A stretch of 64,000 nucleotides of DNA from a virus. Its lineage: Duplodnaviria > Caudoviricetes. Below the pieces are notes generated by a model that ran no database searches, had not been told where the DNA came from, and saw only the letters and a list, made by a program, of their open reading frames with translations. Position numbers and translations under genes: made by a program. The stretch's first letter is position 1; every line of letters begins with the position of its first letter. The stretch spans positions 352,001 to 416,000 of IMG/VR virus record IMGVR_UViG_3300029288_005873; one strand, 5' to 3'. Shown one piece after another: positions 46,901 through 56,500 of the stretch.

Positions 46901-48077
46901 TCATGCCTTTGCCACCAACTACAAATAGTCCATCAAATTTTGTAGGCTTAACATCTTTGATTTCAATATCAATCTCAATAGTGGTCCCTTGCGCGCCAAC
47001 AGCCTTAGTACCACTAGTTGCCACAGATACATCCATACCCCTCTCTGAAAACACTTTGCGCGGAATAGAATATTCTGTCTCATAAAACTCATTTGGAGCC
47101 ACAAGCATAAGAACATGTTTGTGCGCATCTGATGCGCTCTGTTCAACGGTCTCAAGCTGCCCTTCGAATGGTGTCATAGTTTCCATGAATGCCCTCATGG
47201 CCTTCTCCGTAAGTCCAAGTTTCTTTGCGATAGCGTCAGCTGTCATCATTGAACCAGACATGTTGAGGATGCGGTTCCTGTATGTGGATATAAGCATATC
47301 TGCCTGCTGTCTTGCTTCCGCCAACTCGTTTGGGAAGAAAATATTACTCATGGACTTTTTGAATGCGGAGGTTGGACCATATAGCCGAAGCATTGCATCC
47401 ATTGATGATTCCCTAGCCTCGCGCTCGGCAGGCTGTTTTCGGTAACTCTCTACTCCCTTCTCCACTTGAATGTGTTCGCCAATAGCCTCTGGATAAAAAG
47501 CCATCTGGACAAAGTGCGTAAGCTCATGCGCAGCAGATTCCACAACAAACTGTCGCCACGCCTCCTCATTGCCTTTTCCAGATGCCAATGCGTTGAGTTC
47601 TTCTGCTGATGCAAAGAACACATAGATGTTCGATTCAGGGAGAGCTTGCCCCCTTATGCCAAAGCTCTCTGGTCGGAATGACAAGAAAACATTTGGCTTT
47701 TTGTACAAAAAGCGCTCCGGTCCAACTGGATCGAGCACAAGTTTACCTACTGGTGTGCGTAGCGCCAAAGATTGAAAAACTCGCTTCTCAAGCTGGTTTA
47801 CAGCATGTTCAATCCACGCCTCGCTCAGTTGCGGATCCATCCCTTTCTTTATCTGCTCCGACAATTTACTGCTTACAATATCCTCGATATGGTCTACCAC
47901 TTTACGGACATTTGGCACAAGTTTCCTAGCAGCCGCACGCAAAGTGGCAATGTTCGCCTGTGGACCTGAAGTGTTTGACAAGGCTGTACGCTCAGCCTCA
48001 TGTAAACTAGAAACCAGCTTGCTTTTCATTTCTTGCGGCATGGATTCCCATGTTTGCCTTGTGAGCCGAACCATCAA
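43944..48077 (-). CDS. Multidomain protein: HExxH metallopeptidase-like, DJ-1/PfpI, Zn-finger/coiled-coil region
   Basis: AAHELTH...EREA; EFYETEY, VVGGKG and LICHAP (DJ-1/PfpI); CSYC, CPTC, CINENC and CPFD. Confidence 0.8.
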   Translation of the reverse strand: MMVRLTRQTWESMPQEMKSKLVSSLHEAERTALSNTSGPQANIATLRAAARKLVPNVRKVVDHIEDIVSSKLSEQIKKGMDPQLSEAWIEHAVNQLEKRVFQSLALRTPVGKLVLDPVGPERFLYKKPNVFLSFRPESFGIRGQALPESNIYVFFASAEELNALASGKGNEEAWRQFVVESAAHELTHFVQMAFYPEAIGEHIQVEKGVESYRKQPAEREARESSMDAMLRLYGPTSAFKKSMSNIFFPNELAEARQQADMLISTYRNRILNMSGSMMTADAIAKKLGLTEKAMRAFMETMTPFEGQLETVEQSASDAHKHVLMLVAPNEFYETEYSIPRKVFSERGMDVSVATSGTKAVGAQGTTIEIDIEIKDVKPTKFDGLFVVGGKGMIGFSDDLIAQQLLRDFVESEKPVALICHAPLLAAKANLVKGRQITGWSEIRPDMLEAGAEWTGMPVERDGDLFTAVGPDDAESLADILARRLDGAPTLSEAMLDENAAMRKLAALWKLADQVGGGRMSDEEVARRLLEFERQEFEEDDEKEIPQAPVPPPVLPVEKSTPDLWTKVHRKQESNEWNLSVELNPPSTNGTWVEVTATPPGFPFDAEDLSDGASIRRLFQKRETWEALKEMVSNPAKKGMIQEFILPKIVLAVGKRWWDINKRRRSVGDAPFGLLTSEEYKKIRNEDLDGTDVGRAFIALVNWHVAKILQFYLATKTPAGSLDGYIYDALNRRMMADAGKRQGFSANRKPVCSYCRNRRDIKTAPPILSQTSIHETQEEGLSRRHPKFKCPTCAEILDTKEKELRIKEMGVANANQTLDETKAKKTEAEKELALDPSNRELKARIVSLSDTLRSDGYQVEALEAERNTLRVEISNRRRMLDIPSQHMSCINENCPGQRIPLTFVDWESPFWQTAEGNEARRKLASVYGIVENPQGQKAEDGGKEGAVSETAARTPPKWLWDVPFHCPFDDAKFTPRQAFGKGKMDPGGSHMGGLFIDPPRTTRWEQPASFEPADPETAKNRVEDTKQQTGIEQTTGTNEFLNDQNEKLYYMELSSSLRQEFYRRKLEHAERTGGIKGNRTSRLQSLLYDAVLEWSYIHPLHLVGFFTKRMPVLRKVIDKKTGEIKDHLEVRSMPRNGADQIVSSIIQTWFSKVLQQENGFVDLRPYLTNIDQDRVPPRCYFLSVVKRSGDVLFAECGLHYGENSPLGKRTMRAEEGKSSSYDKQSKNLYLALVEGIWDFSGTPNNIQMMTPILPEDGQKLAQGKASHLDEMDTHDKSRIIFDSSTTLTEGSPVLVKALMMPSHTGWRPKQRILDLRKDLPDKEDEMAGVMGAIGRLADNKENDVKLFSIWRKTLRRLGMPEQLEEFDKILKKRLEEGK

Positions 48078-51000
48078 TCGTTTCCTCTTTTGATTTTACC
48101 AGCGTCTCTGAAAAGCGCCAGTCGTAAAGAAGCAACAGCTATGCCCGGCTGTCCCTGCGCCGAAGACTGGTATGGCATCGGTGTAATTGCCCCACCGTCC
48201 CCAAATGGTCCAGTATCCGAGTCTTTGCCGCCAAAATTGTTATTCCCATAGTCGTCGTCCGTGTTCTGAGACAACGGCTTCTTCACCTTCCCCCAGGTTT
48301 CGCCCAACGACCCCGGAACACGCAAACTACCCTTGTTGTGAAGCGTACTTACATCGGTCCGCATTCCTTTACCCTTTACCGTACTGGTAGTCGCACCCTC
48401 AAAATCTTCATTAAGTTTATCAAGTAGTGCGCGCAATTCTTTACGCAAACCATCTATCCCAACTTTCTCGCCTAACTTAAATTCAATATGTAGACCCGTG
48501 CCACCGCTCTGATATATCTTGGACGGAACACCATACTTCTCTTTAATGGCGGATGAAGCTTTTCTAGCATACTCTTTTGCTTTATCTAAGGAATATCCTC
48601 CATGGAGATCTAGGTCGACAAAACCAATATCAGTTTTGGTCCCAAAGACCTCATGTATTGCCAACATTCGTCGTTTCACCCAATACCAATAGTTGTTTGG
48701 TGAATCCGAGTTTTTCTCTTCATCATTTTCAATTACGATAGATTTGTCGTCATGATTACGCTTTAGGATTTTCTCATTTTTGCCAACCCCAAGATAGATC
48801 AGCACAGGAACGCTTTTAATACGAGACATTATCTGTTTACGAACAATAGGCTTGGCATAATGGTCATATATCTGTCCACGCGTCAACTTTACACCATCCT
48901 TGTCGATCAAAACCTCGCCGCGCTTCTTCTCATCCAAGTCCCCATCGTCAGCCTTGTTTTCGAACCGGCAAAAACGAATTACCACATAGCGCCTGTTTGG
49001 TCCAAACTTATGCTCAAGAGACCTAGCAACGTGTTTACCGAAGCTTTTTTCGATACGTGGTAAACTCATTGTCTCTTTTGAAAGGATCTTGATACGACAA
49101 ATATCTCCACCAGAATAGGTAACAGCCCTTACAACCTCATCCACTGCCACTGGCATATCAGCTAATCGTATAGTCCTTTCCATCTTGCCAGACTTGATAT
49201 CCTGGGCAAAATTACCTGGGAATGCCAATGTGCCTGTATTTTCCGAAGCTTCCTTGCGCAAATGATCAATTCTCCGTGAAAAACGTAGCCAAGCATGTTC
49301 GCCTATCATTTTCTTCAGCTTTTCTTTCGGGATCCCAGCACGCTCCGCCACCTCAAGAAAAACTGTGCGCCGCAAATCATCTTCGGGTACTTGCCTACCT
49401 TCGCTTTCTAGAATATCCCTAACCTGCTTTAGCATATGCTTATATTTCCCGAACAAGTTCGGAGGCATACGCGACTCGACATCCACCTGGGTACGACCAA
49501 CTGGTTCATGCGTTTTGCGCACGTCAGTATTCAGAACAATAGGCATACCCCACATCTCAGATGGAAGAAACCATCCAAGTTCCATGGGATCGTCCACTGT
49601 CCATAGCATCAGTTTTGGTTGTGGTTGACTCCTATCTATACGCATAAGTGTCAGACCAACCGACCTTAGGTCATCAGGGCGAACAATATCATAATTCAAC
49701 CAGCGCTTAACTAGATCAATTATACCTGATGCACGTTCTACATAGTCCGGACGTTCTTTTGAACTGATAGGATGTGTTTCCGCCAGTGCCATTTTGAGAG
49801 CATGAGTACGGCAAACCTTTTTGCCGCCAAGGAAAGCAGCTATACGATCAGCAACTTTTCCAGGAAAGCCTCCCGTTCCACCATTGGATGGAATTCCAGC
49901 AAGCATGGCATTCGCGATCCCGGCAAGGTCGGGTTCAGTTTTTTTCAGCGCTTCTAATGCCTGCCTATATCTTGAACTCTGTATGTAGTGTAAATTTCCT
50001 TTTCCAAAAGGTTTCCTGTTGAGGAGAAACTGTTGGACGCGACCTACACCACTTGCATTTGCAATAACAATGAGCTGATATGGATTAAAGGCACCAGGAG
50101 CCGACGTGTCATATCCAGATTTTCGCAGCATATCAACTACAGCGTTGATCCTGGATGTAAAATCGGCCATCGAAGCCTTCTCCAATAGATTTGACAACGC
50201 CTTATTCTTTCGTATACTGGCAGAATTAAATTGTCGTCTAAATTTCTGAAAAGCTGTTGGAGCCATCTGCGATAAATAAGCTTGTGTCAATGAACTCAAG
50301 GCAACATTATCTGTTATGTATTGTTCATATACACGCTCAAGTATACGTTTGAAAGTCTCCGAATCGGTGTCAAAACCAAGATTGCGCAAAACAGAAGTAT
50401 CTATAACCCTGCCCACAAACCCATCGCCCCTTTTCTCTACAACCATATCAGGACGCCTGATGAAAGTCTTTTCCATGCGCCTCACTGGCGAAAGACCTTG
50501 GATATCCTTGGGATTAACTGGAACGGTTTTCCAGATATTTACCTTCTTCAGTTTTCCAATAGTATCTAACCAGATTTTTGAAAGTTCCTTCATCTCCTCT
50601 GGAGACATGGTAGTAGCTGCCTGCGCACCAGGCATACGGGAAAGTTTAGATAGCAAATATGGTCCATGTACCTGCGTAGGTCCAAAAGATGTGCCAGCAT
50701 CTCCGACCGTATCGGTCCTCCCTCCAGATTCAAGTTTGGACATAATCCTAAACATTTTGTCGCCATCTACGCCACCAATATTACCGATACCTCCAACTGT
50801 TTGTGGTTTTTTATCAACAGCTCCCTCAAGTGCCGTCACAAGTTCGTTCGGATCGGGAATACCCGCAAACGCAAACATAGCTTTACGACTAATTTCTGCT
50901 GGCTTGAACTCATCAATATGTTCTACATGGAATTCATGCATGGTTGCATCCTTTGGCTTTTTATCATCCCGAAATCTTAGAAACTTTTGGTGGCGAAGAC

Positions 51001-51880
51001 CTCCAGGAACACGTTCCTGGAAACCTATCTCAATGACAAAAAGTCCCTTTTCTAGATGCTTCTTGATCTCAGCTTCATTTTCTTCGGAAAAATTGTCTAT
51101 CTCGCTGATTGCATACAATTTACCTTTATGGTATTGACCAAACTGCGCCATCAGCTTTCCAGTTTTACTTCTTGTTGTTCCGTAAACAACATAGTCATCA
51201 GAGTCGTGTTTTCCAGCGCCGCCTTTGTATTTCCACATTGTATCTGCAGGTTTTGGCTCATTCTCACCTTTAGGTTTCCACTGGTATTTTGCACCCTTAA
51301 GTTTAAGTACGATGCCTTCGCCTCCTTTCTTAACCGCACTATTCATTACATTCTGCCATTCGGAAAATGGATACTGTTCGGTAAGCTTCACTATATCTGA
51401 CACTTTCACGGCAGATTCCAAAAGTTTACGCCGATCGGAAAAAGGTTTACCTGCTACATTATTTCCCTTGTGCCACAGGATGTCATACAAATACAACCTC
51501 ATCTCTCCAGGTAAACTTTTAGCCTTCTCCACAGCCTTATCTGCCGAACTCCCAGCAAGTGATGTAACCTTTGTCACATCCTGCTTACCCTTGTCCCAAT
51601 ATGTCAACTCACCTTCGACCAACGTGCCATCGGGTAGATTTTCCAGCTCTTTGACGATTGATGGAAAGTTTCCAGTGACATCTTCACCGCTGCGACTGTA
51701 TATACTGATTTTTCCACCAGTTTTTATAACTTGTGCCTTCCAACCATCGAGCTTTGGTTCTACGACAATATCTTCACGACGATGGTCCTTCAGGACCTCG
51801 TCGGCATCGTCAACCTCAGTCAGACGCATCAGAGTCACTGGCACGAGTTCAGCGGCATGCCGAGAAATGGGCAGATACAT
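48074..51880 (-). CDS. Polyprotein-like: ATP-dependent DNA ligase, lysozyme/transglycosylase-like domain, ASCH domain, LigD-type primase-polymerase (AEP)
   Basis: EPKLDG, EGE, YDIL, EGIVLK and WKYK (ligase); LESGG...SFGPTQ; IKSGKMERTIR (ASCH); VDLD, SGGTGLHI and LRVPGS (AEP). Confidence 0.88.
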   Translation of the reverse strand: MYLPISRHAAELVPVTLMRLTEVDDADEVLKDHRREDIVVEPKLDGWKAQVIKTGGKISIYSRSGEDVTGNFPSIVKELENLPDGTLVEGELTYWDKGKQDVTKVTSLAGSSADKAVEKAKSLPGEMRLYLYDILWHKGNNVAGKPFSDRRKLLESAVKVSDIVKLTEQYPFSEWQNVMNSAVKKGGEGIVLKLKGAKYQWKPKGENEPKPADTMWKYKGGAGKHDSDDYVVYGTTRSKTGKLMAQFGQYHKGKLYAISEIDNFSEENEAEIKKHLEKGLFVIEIGFQERVPGGLRHQKFLRFRDDKKPKDATMHEFHVEHIDEFKPAEISRKAMFAFAGIPDPNELVTALEGAVDKKPQTVGGIGNIGGVDGDKMFRIMSKLESGGRTDTVGDAGTSFGPTQVHGPYLLSKLSRMPGAQAATTMSPEEMKELSKIWLDTIGKLKKVNIWKTVPVNPKDIQGLSPVRRMEKTFIRRPDMVVEKRGDGFVGRVIDTSVLRNLGFDTDSETFKRILERVYEQYITDNVALSSLTQAYLSQMAPTAFQKFRRQFNSASIRKNKALSNLLEKASMADFTSRINAVVDMLRKSGYDTSAPGAFNPYQLIVIANASGVGRVQQFLLNRKPFGKGNLHYIQSSRYRQALEALKKTEPDLAGIANAMLAGIPSNGGTGGFPGKVADRIAAFLGGKKVCRTHALKMALAETHPISSKERPDYVERASGIIDLVKRWLNYDIVRPDDLRSVGLTLMRIDRSQPQPKLMLWTVDDPMELGWFLPSEMWGMPIVLNTDVRKTHEPVGRTQVDVESRMPPNLFGKYKHMLKQVRDILESEGRQVPEDDLRRTVFLEVAERAGIPKEKLKKMIGEHAWLRFSRRIDHLRKEASENTGTLAFPGNFAQDIKSGKMERTIRLADMPVAVDEVVRAVTYSGGDICRIKILSKETMSLPRIEKSFGKHVARSLEHKFGPNRRYVVIRFCRFENKADDGDLDEKKRGEVLIDKDGVKLTRGQIYDHYAKPIVRKQIMSRIKSVPVLIYLGVGKNEKILKRNHDDKSIVIENDEEKNSDSPNNYWYWVKRRMLAIHEVFGTKTDIGFVDLDLHGGYSLDKAKEYARKASSAIKEKYGVPSKIYQSGGTGLHIEFKLGEKVGIDGLRKELRALLDKLNEDFEGATTSTVKGKGMRTDVSTLHNKGSLRVPGSLGETWGKVKKPLSQNTDDDYGNNNFGGKDSDTGPFGDGGAITPMPYQSSAQGQPGIAVASLRLALFRDAGKIKRGND

Positions 51881-53148
51881 TATTCTTCCTCCTCGTCCAT
51901 CTCCATCTCTTCGTCCTCATATTCTCGCAACATGGCTTCAGCTGCAGCATCAAGCTTCTCCTCGTCACTCATATCTGCGATAGCCAAAGTTATGATTCCA
52001 GCTCGTCGAAACGCAGACGATTTGCCTAGATCTTTCAACTTCCGTGCCTGCTCAAGCGGTTCTTGGCGCATCGACAATGGGAAAGGTACCGTTTCATCTG
52101 TGCGCTCGAGGATTACCATGTTTGGGTCAGAAGGATCTTCTTCCCCCTCCCAGAAAACATTTCCCATAAGATTACGCAGCTTTATACTGGAAGTTCCGCC
52201 AGTTGGTCTAAACTTCTTCCCTTGTCTATGTAATATCTTTCCTTTGCCACTAGATGCAGCACCAAGCTGGCTTTTAGGAAGGCGCAATTTATCACCCTCT
52301 GGTGATACTTCCCACTCCCACTCCCATCCATGTTTACCACTGGTACCAAAACGTTCTTTCCTCCATCCTGGAAGTGGCTCCGCAACCGGCTTAACTGGTG
52401 GAGCTTCCTCTGGTTTTGCTGGCTCTACAGGAGCCACAGGCTCTTCAATTTTTGGCTCAATAGGCTTTTCTTCTGGCTCGATCGGTTTAGTTTCTGGAGC
52501 AGAAACAGTAGGAGGTTCCACAGGAGTTTCATCTGGACGCTTTTTAACATTTGTCAGTGGAATAACCTCTGGTTTCAGCGACTCATTCAAAGCCTCCTCT
52601 AAAGAACTTTCCTCTCCCTTTCCCATTGGGGGCGGTGGAATAGGGGGTTTCTCTCCTTTATCCTCTGGCAATAGCGGCGAGACAACAGGTTTGCCCTTCT
52701 CTGGTTCCTTTTTGGGCGTCAGCTTTAGCAGCTGAGCTGTCATTTTTGCACGTTGTTCATCATAGTCAGAAAGAATATCGGCCTCAGTCTTTCCAAGACT
52801 AGTGATCAAAGGTGTAGCTTTTCCTCGCCATTCCGAAAGTTCATGTTGCGAAAGCATTTCCTCAAGCTCATCGTTGGCAGATTGGAGTTCTTCGATTCTG
52901 GCATTAATGGCTTCCTGGGCTTTTTTAGCAGCGCCATACATTGTACGATACTCGCTAAAAAGGGCTTTCCTAGCCCAGCCACTTAGCCTGGATAGAATGT
53001 TCCTCCAAAGTCCAGCCTCTTTGATAAGACCGCGATCGGCTACAGCTTCTAGTAAACCATCCATGATAGCTGCATCGTCATATAGACCTGCGTCATCCAA
53101 CATCTGCGCCATCGCCGCAATTTTGGCCAAAACGGTTTCCCTACTCAT
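51880..53148 (-). CDS. Hypothetical head-associated protein with N-terminal helical tag and Pro/Glu-rich linker
   Basis: IAAMAQMLDDAGLYDDAAIMD followed by IKEAG. Confidence 0.65.
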   Translation of the reverse strand: MSRETVLAKIAAMAQMLDDAGLYDDAAIMDGLLEAVADRGLIKEAGLWRNILSRLSGWARKALFSEYRTMYGAAKKAQEAINARIEELQSANDELEEMLSQHELSEWRGKATPLITSLGKTEADILSDYDEQRAKMTAQLLKLTPKKEPEKGKPVVSPLLPEDKGEKPPIPPPPMGKGEESSLEEALNESLKPEVIPLTNVKKRPDETPVEPPTVSAPETKPIEPEEKPIEPKIEEPVAPVEPAKPEEAPPVKPVAEPLPGWRKERFGTSGKHGWEWEWEVSPEGDKLRLPKSQLGAASSGKGKILHRQGKKFRPTGGTSSIKLRNLMGNVFWEGEEDPSDPNMVILERTDETVPFPLSMRQEPLEQARKLKDLGKSSAFRRAGIITLAIADMSDEEKLDAAAEAMLREYEDEEMEMDEEEE

Positions 53149-53515
53149 TGTCGCCTCCGTTATCCTCTTCTTCCTTCACGGTCTCTTCTTTCATAGTTAA
53201 TTCGCGTCGTTCTGCTCGACGCTCATTATTCTCTTTTTTAGCAAAGCTTGTCTCGGCAAATTTTACAAGCTGTCCAAGCATCCGTAACTTCATCTGGATT
53301 GATGCCTCTTTAGCTCGACATTCCAATATCCGCTTTTGAGCTGCCCGTGTCTCAATCTTAGCAGCAACAAGCGATTCTTTCCATTGGGCAAGATATCTAC
53401 TTATGACAGCCAAAAGCCCTTTGGCTTCATTAACATTATTTGCCCTAATACATCTATCCAAATGTGTATGCCACTGCCTACAACCATTTCTGAAGATAAT
53501 GTCTTGATTATTCAT
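53141..53515 (-). CDS. Hypothetical coiled-coil protein
   Basis: In-operon ORF after the portal. Confidence 0.55.
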   Translation of the reverse strand: MNNQDIIFRNGCRQWHTHLDRCIRANNVNEAKGLLAVISRYLAQWKESLVAAKIETRAAQKRILECRAKEASIQMKLRMLGQLVKFAETSFAKKENNERRAERRELTMKEETVKEEEDNGGDNE

Positions 53516-53517
53516 AG

Positions 53518-56500
53518 TTATTTACCGGGACCGCCCAAAGGTGCCCCAGGACCGCCTGGACCCAATGGTGGTGTCATACCACCAGTGGAAGGAGCTCCAG
53601 CTCCTCCAGGACCGCCCAAAGCTTCACCAGGAGGTGGTGCTAACTCAGGAAGCCCACCGGGCAAACTCCCTCCGCCACCAATTGGTGGCATTCCACCAGG
53701 TGCTCCTAAACCGCCTGCTGGAGGCATACCAGCCTCCATTCCAGGCATACCTGCACTCATTCCGCCAGCAGGCTGTTCGGAAATAATAGGCTCCATGATC
53801 TCGCGCGTTGGGTCAAGAGCGCGAAGCTCGATAAGCGACATGCCCGCAAGAGCCTGTTCTTCTCTTTGACGTATTGCATCATTAACAGACTCTGCGCGCA
53901 TCTTCTCACGCTCGTCCTCATAATTCAAACCAAGACTCTTATACAAGGTCTGTAGTGAAGCTTGTTTAGCTGTCACAAGACTAGAGATGTTACCGATGTA
54001 GTCCTGTAGATCATACAGGTTCATCTGGTTCCATTCTACCTCTGGCACTATTAGCTTTTTGTATCCACCTTCTGCCCTATAGTATCCACGCAAATCACTA
54101 ATTGGCGCAAATATCTTGTTCATCAACCAACGTGCTAACATATTGCGAAAATTGAAATACCTCTGGCGTAACACCTCAAGTCCAATAGACGCAGAGGCAT
54201 ATACCGCGCTCTCTGTATCAATTACCGCCTGCGGAACCATTAGACCATGCATAATATTCTTGATGATTAGTTCATTATCCTGCGAAATATCAATAATACC
54301 ACCTTGTGCGCCAACGCGCTCAATTGAAACACCAGCATGAGTTACGATTTTGAAATTCTTATCATATTGAGCTTCTTCAATTATCTGACGCCACGTTTCA
54401 ATTGCCTCCGGATCTGGATGGTACTCGCCCTCCCCAGCTCCACCAATTTTAACCAAGGTAATAGGATTTACCATGTCATCAGCCTGGGCAAATTTACATT
54501 CTCTTAATTTGTCGTAAAGCATCAGGTCTTTGAATACGGACACAATAACGCTTGTGCCACGTACATCATACGGGCTGGACAACATCTTTAGATGTGATAC
54601 GTTGAAATTGTCCAATGGAATGTTTTCACCCCTGCGCACATGGTATACGATATTCTGGGGAATCTGTTTGCGCAGTTGGACGTCGGCTGGAGCGTTACTC
54701 ATAACAAGACGCTGGAGAACAGCATCAGGACGCATGGAAATGATTGGTTCGCTTGCAATAACCATCTTTTTCACATGGATGTAATCGGGATTCTGAACAA
54801 CAATCCTTCTCCATTTTAGACCATTTTCATCAAGTTCAGCATATGGGAAGGCTTCGCCAAGTTTCCAGAATTCAAGAGATATATCACCAAGGGCGCCGAG
54901 AAGATCCATCTCCTCGATCATGTCCTCGAACTCCTGCTGAACCTTTTTGTCAGAGCATTTAATGTTGATCTTAGAGATCGGATAGGTCGCATGAAGCGTA
55001 ATCGCATTACGAACAAGGGGGTGTAAATCAAAAAAATTTCTACAGTTACGAACACTTACACCATATCCTACCGTATAAGTATGGTCCGTTTCAACTTCAA
55101 TATTATGGACAATACCAACATATTGACGATACTCAATAGTGTTGACCCATTGAATGGCTTTGTCTTTATAAAAAAAACAACACCCATCTCGTTTATGTGA
55201 ACGTTTAATGGTAGCAAATCTGTAGAAATTTGACACAAAGCATTCAGCCAATTTCAATGCCGATTTTCCACGAATTTTAACATAGTAACGAGGGTGTACT
55301 TCATATGTTTTACCATTGCTTGGTGATACCATAGTTTTTTGACTATGTTCCCGAAACACATGTGCCACTAACCCACATCGCAGACACAGCATCCTCATTT
55401 GCCAGGCAAGATTTTCAGAAGAAGTATTGCCACAGAAAATGCCGCCGTTATATTTCTCTTGTCCACCATCGCCGTCCAGCCAAGCAACCAGAAATCTGAG
55501 TAACAGTCCAGGTTCTACCGACATAAGCTCGAACGACAGGCGTTTTGTCAATGATCCCTTGCCACAATGCCGAAGGACAAATTTTGCTAGGTTAGCGTCG
55601 GTACAATTTACATATATCTCAGTTTTCCTATCTGGGCGCACATATACCTTTGCCTCAGAAGACAATCGTACAGCAAGTTCCTGTATCCTATAGGCTAACT
55701 TCTCTTCATGGGCGCCTAAGGAGAAAGTTACTGTATTGTGTGAAATTGATCCCTCAGCTGCGTAGTACCCCAGCAATTCCAATGCCTCTGGATTCTCAAG
55801 CAAAGGATCGTCGGAAACTGGTTCCAATTTCGGAACGGGCATATATAGCGCATCTCGCGCTTCTAGTTTACCTGCTTCGATTTTTCCGAATACATAAGGA
55901 TCATCCTGTCTTTTACAACGAGAACAGAAACACTCTTGTCCATCAGGTTTACATTTCACATATGTCGTATGATCGTGACAGCGGACTTCGTCACCTTTGA
56001 CAGCGTTAAAGTTGTGATTTTTAGTACACCAAATAGTCTCTTGTGAACCTTTTATACGAATGCCGACAATCTCCTCATTAATAGGACGTTGAAATACTGT
56101 CGTTACACGACGAGGAACTCCCGCTCCAGACAGAACCATATCACCAACTTCGATTTCCTCAATAGATTTACGAGTTCCATCTGCCATCCATACCATTGTT
56201 CCTGGAATAAAACACCAAGCATTAACAGTAATTCTATCACGTGGCAGGTTTAAGTTTGCCATAGTAAACAGTGGCGAATAGACCTCAGGCGCAAGGCGTT
56301 CAACAGGAGCGCCTGCGGATGAGCCTAGACCGCTGCTTAGAGTGGAAGCTTGTTTTCTGAAGGATGGACTGTGAGCTATTGCTCCATGTAGACCTGCTTG
56401 CTGCTTTCCCCCACCAGAGACCACACCTCCTGGCATCCAGGTGCCGCGATTTACGTCTTTTTCTGAATCATATGGCGGCGGTGGTTCCGTTACACCACGA

